Origin: Laetmonice hystrix
Taxonomy: Eukaryota
Direction of reading: 5' to 3'
Assembly (NCBI GenBank): GCA_965235115.1
Contig: OZ249444.1
Coordinates: 19,096,001 to 19,160,000, forward strand
Length of the DNA: 64,000 bases
Within the stretch, counting starts at the first letter, position 1; each line of letters opens with the position of its first letter. The translations under genes were made by a program, and so were the position numbers. The notes under the pieces were generated by a model. It was given only the letters and a program-made list of their open reading frames with translations. It had not been told where the DNA came from and did no database searches. Positions 56,601-64,000 of the stretch are shown here, piece by piece.

Positions 56601-58712
56601 TAAAGGTGATGACATTCCATCACGATTTCAGGGTAAAATGAATAAGTGCCTGTGTCTTACGTGATATGATTGGCGTCTTGTAATCCCCGCAGTATACCAC
56701 TGTACCAGATGACCTTAGAGTGAGTAAGATATACTAATAATAATTGTATTTCTAGGCATGTGACAAGCTTGGTACACACAGGTGTATGTATACACGTAGG
56801 GAATAAAAAGAGTCAGATGTTCCAGTGTTTTGACAATGACACAACTTGTATTCTTTCGCTCATTCCATACTGACAAACATGGTTTGAATGCCCGCTATAT
56901 GACAATGGCATACCACAGTACCATATTTGAATTAGTCGAGAAGTATATAGTAAATACTTAAATAGTAAACTCTTTTTTAACTGAAGTTTTTGTGAAATTA
57001 ATTCCGAAAGTTTCCATGATTTACATTGCGTTTCAGTTCTGCTGCAGATCCAGAAATTGAACGTAGCAAGATCCCACTATACGTTGAGGAGGGGGTTGGT
57101 CTAGTTACGATCAGTTATATATTTAGATGTTTGCTGGCCCATCCTACTATAAGTTACTTTCAGACCATACAAGCCTCGATCATTGAGAGAGAAAAGTTAT
57201 AAAAGATTAAATGACACAAAAGGGGGCGGGGAGATCAGATCATAAGTTTTTACGAACTCGGCCCAGGTATATCATCATAATGTGATTGATTGGGCAGTTG
57301 TTCGCACCGCGGCCGACGCCGGAGATGTTCACATCACAGCTGATTTCACGGCCTCAGTGCTCCCATTGAGGATGGGTTTGTACGATCTATAGACACGTCA
57401 GAGTCAGCGGCAATGTGAATGACCCATGATTTATTATTATACATTTCATGATCGGAGGATTCTAGCGGTAGGCTTAGAGGTAGGCCTAATATACGGGGTT
57501 TCTTCTTTTTTGGGGGGTGGGGGTGGGGATCTGTTTCTACTCATGCATCCAAGAATCATGCCCCCAAAACCACTGTAGGCCAACGTGTGGAGAGCTTACA
57601 TGGACGTGGCTTGAATTTATGATAGTCATTACAAACTTACGTCTATAAAGCCCCATATTATACATAAAAACTAAAAGGACCACTTATTATATAGCACAAG
57701 ACCCCTCAGGGATAGGCCTATAAGTAAGATGTCTAACATAGGCAACTTTTTCCCGCGGTGACACGGTGGTCTGCAATTGAGTAAGAGACACATTCTTATT
57801 GATGCATTCTTGCTTGTCTTTCTGCCGTATAGATACACATAAAACACGTTCAGAAACAGGGTGTTCATTGAGTGGGCCAGACAGGGCTTACAATGGCGTC
57901 TCCAGGCCTGGTTACTCGACACGGGCTCATGTTGAAGACAACGTTTGGCTCACATAAATCTTGGTGGGTAGGACCACCAACACTGGCCAGGGCCACGCTA
58001 TGGTGTGTGATTAAAACATTATAAGATCTTATCGCCGTCGGTGGCCGTCTGCCCTGTTTACCCGTGCCTTACCTACACTCTGGGGTCAGACAAGTGACGA
58101 GATTACATTGTCAAAATCGGTGGCAGTCGCCTGGGGGGTCAAACATCATGGCCGCCATTAATGTTACCAAAACGAGGCTGTGATGTGAGCACCGCGCGGT
58201 AGCCAAGCAGAAGTCGTGTCGGGACGACGCCCCAAGGGAGAAACATCACGAATAATCACTGAAAATGTCTAAATTACCCTCCAAATGGCCGACTCGTATA
58301 GGCCTACATCCAGGGCATGAAGATGTTTCCGATAGTGGGGGTATGTATAGGGTGAAGTAGGCCTACTCTAGTAATTACGGGGTTAGATCTATGTGTTGTC
58401 ATGCATAGCGTTCAAAGACACTTTCAGAGTTTATGAAACTGACATAGGCCTACCTACTAACAATCAATCTTCCGAGAAGTCACATGCTCAGAGGCTCGCA
58501 CACGTAGGCCCCTATGGGTATATAGATTAGGCCTGCACATGTACATGTATAGGGATACGAGTATACATACATGTATATACCCTTGTGTACAGTCTGCGTA
58601 ACAGCCAACAATATCATGGCTCCTAGTTACACTATTCCACTGTTTTTGTAAACGGAGGCCTGTGTATACGTTAAGACAAGCTTCTACTACCTGAGGGCAT
58701 GGCAGTCCAGAC

Positions 58713-58792
58713 ACATTAATAGATGCAGTAGTACATTAATAGATGCAGTAGTACATTAATAGATGCAGTAGTACATTAATAGATGCAGTAGT
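58713..58792. repeat. 20-bp tandem repeat, 4 copies
   Basis: Unit ACATTAATAGATGCAGTAGT. Confidence 0.9.
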
Positions 58793-59550
58793 AGCAGATT
58801 AAAGATTAAAATACTAGTGTGAATTGAGGCGTTAAGGTGAAAGCGTTGTCCCATAAAATCAACAAATTCATAATTTTTGGTCGATTTCTGTATAAATTCT
58901 TGTTCTTCTTGCTCTTGTTCTTCTGCTTGTTCTTCTGCTTCTTCATTTCGTATGTTGAGTTGGGTTTACGACCATGGCCTCCCTAACCTCAAAGCATATT
59001 TAATTAGTTAGTTACTGTCCTTGACTATAGTTAGGTACTTTACACAGATATTAATGATTGTTTGGATCAGCTAAGCATGTTTGTAATGTCTCAATTATAG
59101 ACCTATAACTCGAGGATCGCCGTCACAACCGTGCCGTTTGTTACCTGCTAGGACAGGTGTGGCAGAATCTGATTTGTTGTCACTCAATGAATCGTGTGCA
59201 GAATATTAATTATCATGCATTTACTCATGTCACACCTTGATTTATGATCTACAAGATTAACAGAAGAAAAATAGCTTTGAGGTGTGGAATAAATTACCGC
59301 TGATTTTGTATACATGAGGGGGAGAGGGACGCTTGACATATCAATTGTGAAGTTATTAAGTAGATCTTGGCTGAAACCGTCATTGGTGTGTTGATGGATT
59401 TCTGGCCGGTGATATAGGATCCAACTTTATCAGAATTCATCCGTTAAATTTGACTCTTGCCGATCGCTAATCTGTCCTGATCAATCAGAGGATATCCAGA
59501 GAAAACAGAAATACAGCGGAATATTAAAGAATATCTGTCATATTTTTTCT

Positions 59551-60404
59551 GTCACATTACAGGAATCCCAACCTCATACAGGGCCCACATCTTGGTCACA
59601 TTACAGGAATCCCGACCTCCGGGCCCACATCGTGGCCACATTACAGGAATCCCGACCTGAGGCCCACATCGTGGCCACATTACAGGAATCCCGACCTGAG
59701 GGCCCACATCATGGTCACATTACAGGAATCGCGACCTGAGGGCCCACATCGTGGCCACATTACAGGAATCCCGTCCTGAGGGCCCACATCGTGCTGGCCA
59801 CATTACAGGAATCCCGACCGCCGGGCCCACATCGTGGCCACATTACAGGAATCCCAACCTAAGGGCCCACATCGTGGCCACATTACAGGAATCCCGACCT
59901 GAGGGCCCACATCGTGGCCACATTACAGGAATCCCGACCTCCGGGCCCACATCGTGGCCACATTACAGGAATCCCAACCTGAGGGCCCACATCGTGGTCA
60001 CATTACAGGAATCCCGACCTGAGGGCCCACATCGTGGTCACATTACAGGAATCCCAACCTGGGGGCCCACATCGTGGTCACATTACAGGAATCCCAACCT
60101 CAGGGCCCACATCGTGGCCACATCACAGGAATCCCAACCTGAGGGCCCACATCGTGGCCACATCACAGGAATCCCGACCTGAGGGCCCACATCGTGGTCA
60201 CATTACAGGAATCCCAACCTGGGGGCCCACATCGTGGTCACATTACAGGAATCCCAACCTGAGGGCCCACATCGTGGCCACATTACAGGAATCCCGACCT
60301 GAGGGCCCACATCGTGGTCACATTACAGGAATCCCGACCTGAGGGCCCACATCGTGGTCACATTACAGGAATCCCAACCTGAGGGCCCACATCGTGGCCA
60401 CATT
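59551..60404. repeat. 40-bp minisatellite, ~21 copies
   Basis: Unit GGYCACATTACAGGAATCCCRACCTGAGGGCCCACATCGT. Confidence 0.95.
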
Positions 60405-60674
60405 TTGCAGGAGCCAATTGCTGAGGTAATGACATGTGACATGCCATGCGTACTTATACCGGACTTTGACTGAATGGAAGATAATCACAAGTGTGTCGCC
60501 ATCAGAGCTCCATGAATTGAAGGTGAACTCTAGGCAGGTCACTTGCCAACCATGTCATGTAATCGAAGACACCATTTGTATCCAGTGCGTCATGTTCGTG
60601 TTAAGAGAGCCCTTGCCAGTTCCTTGAGTGTCGTTGGTTACACCAAGGAGGAATATGTGCAAGACAGATGGACA

Positions 60675-60677
60675 GAC

Positions 60678-60734
<57 letters not shown>

Positions 60735-60752
60735 GAGACAGAGAGACAGAGA
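60675..60752. repeat. (GA)n/(GACA) microsatellite
   Basis: Direct reading. Confidence 0.95.
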
Positions 60753-61476
60753 TGCGTCGATATGGCTATGTAAACTGGTTACGTTTCCTGGTGTACTGTT
60801 TTGTCTGGACAGTAAGCTGTTACTACCCTGGGGGTAGCTATAACCCGTCCCCTCCCCGCGAGAGGGTTGGTCAGAGAGGACGTGTCTCCCTAGTCACCGG
60901 CCGCACCATTGTTTGTGGGTATTTGGTGCAGAGTCCATCTGTGCCTTTATTGACCGAACAACCGCTTGGGGTCGCTGCGGTGAGGGTCCTTCAAAGTAGC
61001 GGCACTTCCGGCTGTAGGCCGACGTTCCATGTGGCACAGCCCTGCAGCGGCGGACGCTCGCGGGCTGTTCCAGACGCCAAGTACGAGACAAACGTTGTTT
61101 ATGCGTTTAAACGTCCCAGAAAAGTTTCAATCGGAGGAAATTTGTGGGAATGATGTATTGTAACATTCTTGTCACACACGCACTTAAACATGTGTGATGA
61201 TCGAGTTTACATTGTTGGCCTATGTTGCCTACACCTGAAAACGTCGTCACGGCTTCGGGCGAGGATAGGCTGGGCCTAATTTTCAAAACCGTACTTGTTT
61301 TTGGTCCCATCCCCGTCTGTACAAATATGAACACTAGATCTATATCCTTTGTATCTCTGTACGATTATGAAAAGCAATACCCGAGATAACCTTTGGTCTT
61401 TTAGTAATTTGGGTAATTTGCACCAGAATTATTATATCGTAACAGTTGGGGCTCGATCCGTTTAGAACCTATAGAA

Positions 61477-61606
61477 NNNNNNNNNNNNNNNNNNNNNNNN
61501 NNNNNNNNNNNNNNNNNNNNNNNNNNNNNNNNNNNNNNNNNNNNNNNNNNNNNNNNNNNNNNNNNNNNNNNNNNNNNNNNNNNNNNNNNNNNNNNNNNNN
61601 NNNNNN
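61477..61606. other. Assembly gap (N run)
   Basis: 130 N. Confidence 0.99.
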
Positions 61607-61957
61607 AAATCAATAAATAATATACCAGCGTGTAATTTAAAAGGTTATGTAGAGCTACTTGAACTCATAGATAGGCCTAATGACCAGTTATGGCATCCCA
61701 CTATAGTCAGGATCCCTGCGCGATGACTGCTCTCCTGTGATGGAGACCAAGACGGCTTGCTGAGGCTTTCAGTCAAAATGCCGGACGGTCCATCCCGGCC
61801 CACTTCCCGCGGTCCCTCTCCGGCTAAAGGTGGTCCGACCCTATACTCTCCAACTGTCGAGAATCCTTAGTACCTGTGCACGGTACATCAGATCTGTGTG
61901 CTATAAGTTAGCTATTAGCTCTTTTATGGGCACATAAATAAACCCGTAATTTGATGG

Positions 61958-61971
61958 GCGCCACCTGGTGT
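61958..61971 (-). promoter_or_regulatory. CTCF-like motif ACACCAGGTGGCGC (13/14)
   Basis: Plus strand gcgccacctggtgt. Confidence 0.45.
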
Positions 61972-63447
61972 GACATAAAGATGACATATCGTAGCTGTGC
62001 ATGTCGGGCCAAGCGGAGCTGGTATCGACATGTATGGAGGGTCCTCCCGGGATTGGTGGCGGGGGGGGGGGGGGTCATCCTAATCTGTCATGCCTGAGAC
62101 CCCCGCGAATTCTACACCAAGGTTATCTTTTGATCTCGCTATGCATGTTTGTCCATCCCACAAAAGACAAACTCGCTCCCATGCATATACGTCAGGATTC
62201 GGAACACATATAGGCCTGCATGTCCTATAACAAAAAGAACCTACAAGAGAAGGGGTGGGGGTTCTCCAACAATCTATTATAGGCCTACAGTTTTATCTCA
62301 TATAGTTGTTAGGAGAATCTAACAAGAAACAAAGTACCCAAACCAACGTAAGCTTGCATGCTGATTTCTTTTAGATAGACCAAGGTTGTCCGTTGGGGAG
62401 CAATGCCGTTACTTTCAGAGAAACTCAAGTGATTACAAGCAGGATACTTTCCTGTATCATGATTTGGTGGACGACAACCCTCCATACGGGTAGGGGTGCT
62501 CGCGGCACACATAAACACAATCAGCTCTCAGACAAAGAAAATACTACTGCAGGTAGCCTTTATCAGACCCTCTGTTTTCTTCTCCTGACCCGCTCTTTTA
62601 TTTAGGGCGGAACCTGCATAATGAAATCATACATCCTATACACTCATGTGATTATTACTTAGGTCTATACATGCAACTATCAACATGTAACACTTGACAA
62701 ATATTTTCCGACAAATTATTCTGAGCAGCACTTGCATGTCGACTCGTGGAATATAATTAGACCATTCATAAGGTTTCCATTTGTTTACTGTGCTATTACT
62801 ATATTCAAGGATCCAAACGGTGTACTTGGTTCCAAGGCTGAGGCCGATGGGACCATGAGCCCAGCAGTGGAGGTAGAGGTATACGGGCGGTAGTGAGAGA
62901 GAGCGCCGGTAAACCCCCATGCTCACCCCGGTCTGACGCCTGGATCCGACGGGCAATGCGGGCCACTGACTCGGCGCCTCAAGCCGACACTCAATCTAAG
63001 TCAAAGGGCCCTCATATCAGGGGCGACTGTCTGTAAATGGCCCTCATAATGTGAAGGCAAGCATGCAAGGACCCTGTTAACAAGGCAAATTGTTAAAGCA
63101 TATACTCTGGAGTGTGGGAAAATGCAGTCATACCGTATTGAGCGATAGTGTTTCTATGTCTGACCCTAATATTATAGGCTATGGCTATAATGCCAATAGA
63201 TCTGTATCGAATAGCAGATTATCGCAAACCAGTTATGCAGGCCTACAGGCCTACTAAAACCATCATGAAGTGCACATGCATAGATCTTTGATCTTAAGGA
63301 TATCAGTTCCATCACTTGGGCCTTATCCTTTTCTGTTCCAAAATTTCCGCAGATTCGTTCTCTTAATCAAAGTCCGTTTTCGGAATCAAATGAATTCGCG
63401 CGGAAAAGGACGAGACACCGGGCGACACTCAGTAGTTCTCCTTCTCC

Positions 63448-63461
63448 CCACTAGATGGCGG
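63448..63461 (+). promoter_or_regulatory. CTCF-like motif CCACTAGATGGCGG (14/14)
   Basis: Direct motif match. Confidence 0.5.
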
Positions 63462-64000
63462 CCCTAACGACAGCGGACAGCTGAGTTCGAGTGATTGCCA
63501 GAGCTGAGAGGCGGACCATTGATACTGTATCGGAAACCGGGCAGATTGTGGATGGCATGGTCGTAGCGAGCTAAGGAGGGGGGGGGGGGGGGGTCGACCT
63601 GGATTGAAATCATCATTTTGTAATGCTAAGCGCTCCAACCCGCGACTTGAGGCCGGCTTAATAGGCCTACGAGTATATAATACAGGCTTGAGCTGTCTGC
63701 CTATAGGCGCAGCTTGAACAGTTAGTTCATTGGACGTGGGTTAATTTTAAAGTGCCCAGCAAAAGGGGTTCGTCCGACCCCCTCGACCCCCTGCCCACAC
63801 CCATGGAAACCTTCATTCCGAGGCCTTATAAATAAATTATATAGGTTTGGTCAAGAATTATTTTTGTTTAATCCTTCCCGACTCGCGGGTTGGAAGGCAA
63901 ATTTATATAAATGCGTCTAGATAAAGACCCAATATTATGTTGTCGTCTTGTTGTCGAGTGCTGCAACCAAGTCGTATTATCCTCAGAGTGCAATAATACC

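Noticed and set aside
59751-60342. ORFs of 143 and 102 aa
   Set aside because: Read-through of the 40-bp minisatellite.

Overview
Eukaryotic (invertebrate bilaterian, probably lophotrochozoan) genomic DNA containing two genes arranged tail-to-tail. On the + strand is a complete 36-coding-exon DNA polymerase alpha catalytic subunit gene (POLA1, 388-19748, ~1485 aa; I traced every splice junction by hand and the frame stays open). On the - strand is a 4-exon aristaless/Arx paired-class Q50 homeobox gene with a C-terminal OAR domain (50919-37209, ~671 aa, including a putative 16-nt first coding exon and the conserved 46-nt homeobox exon). This is the same convergent POLA1-ARX arrangement as in vertebrates, where POLA1 introns carry ARX enhancers. 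Several sequence features suggest a genomic regulatory block here too: expanded, CpG-rich POLA1 introns; a CpG rise along the POLA1 exons; an excess of oriented CTCF-like motifs; and a gene desert with CpG-rich islands. The Arx neighbourhood also holds about 10 minisatellites, several built from transcription-factor-like motifs (CTCF-like 25-mer, Pbx/Meis-like 29-mer, TCACGTGA 63-mer). Also present are two MITE-like elements, microsatellites and two assembly gaps. Most long ORFs in the supplied track are tandem-repeat read-throughs. All regulatory interpretations are inference from motifs and composition and were not computed or tested.
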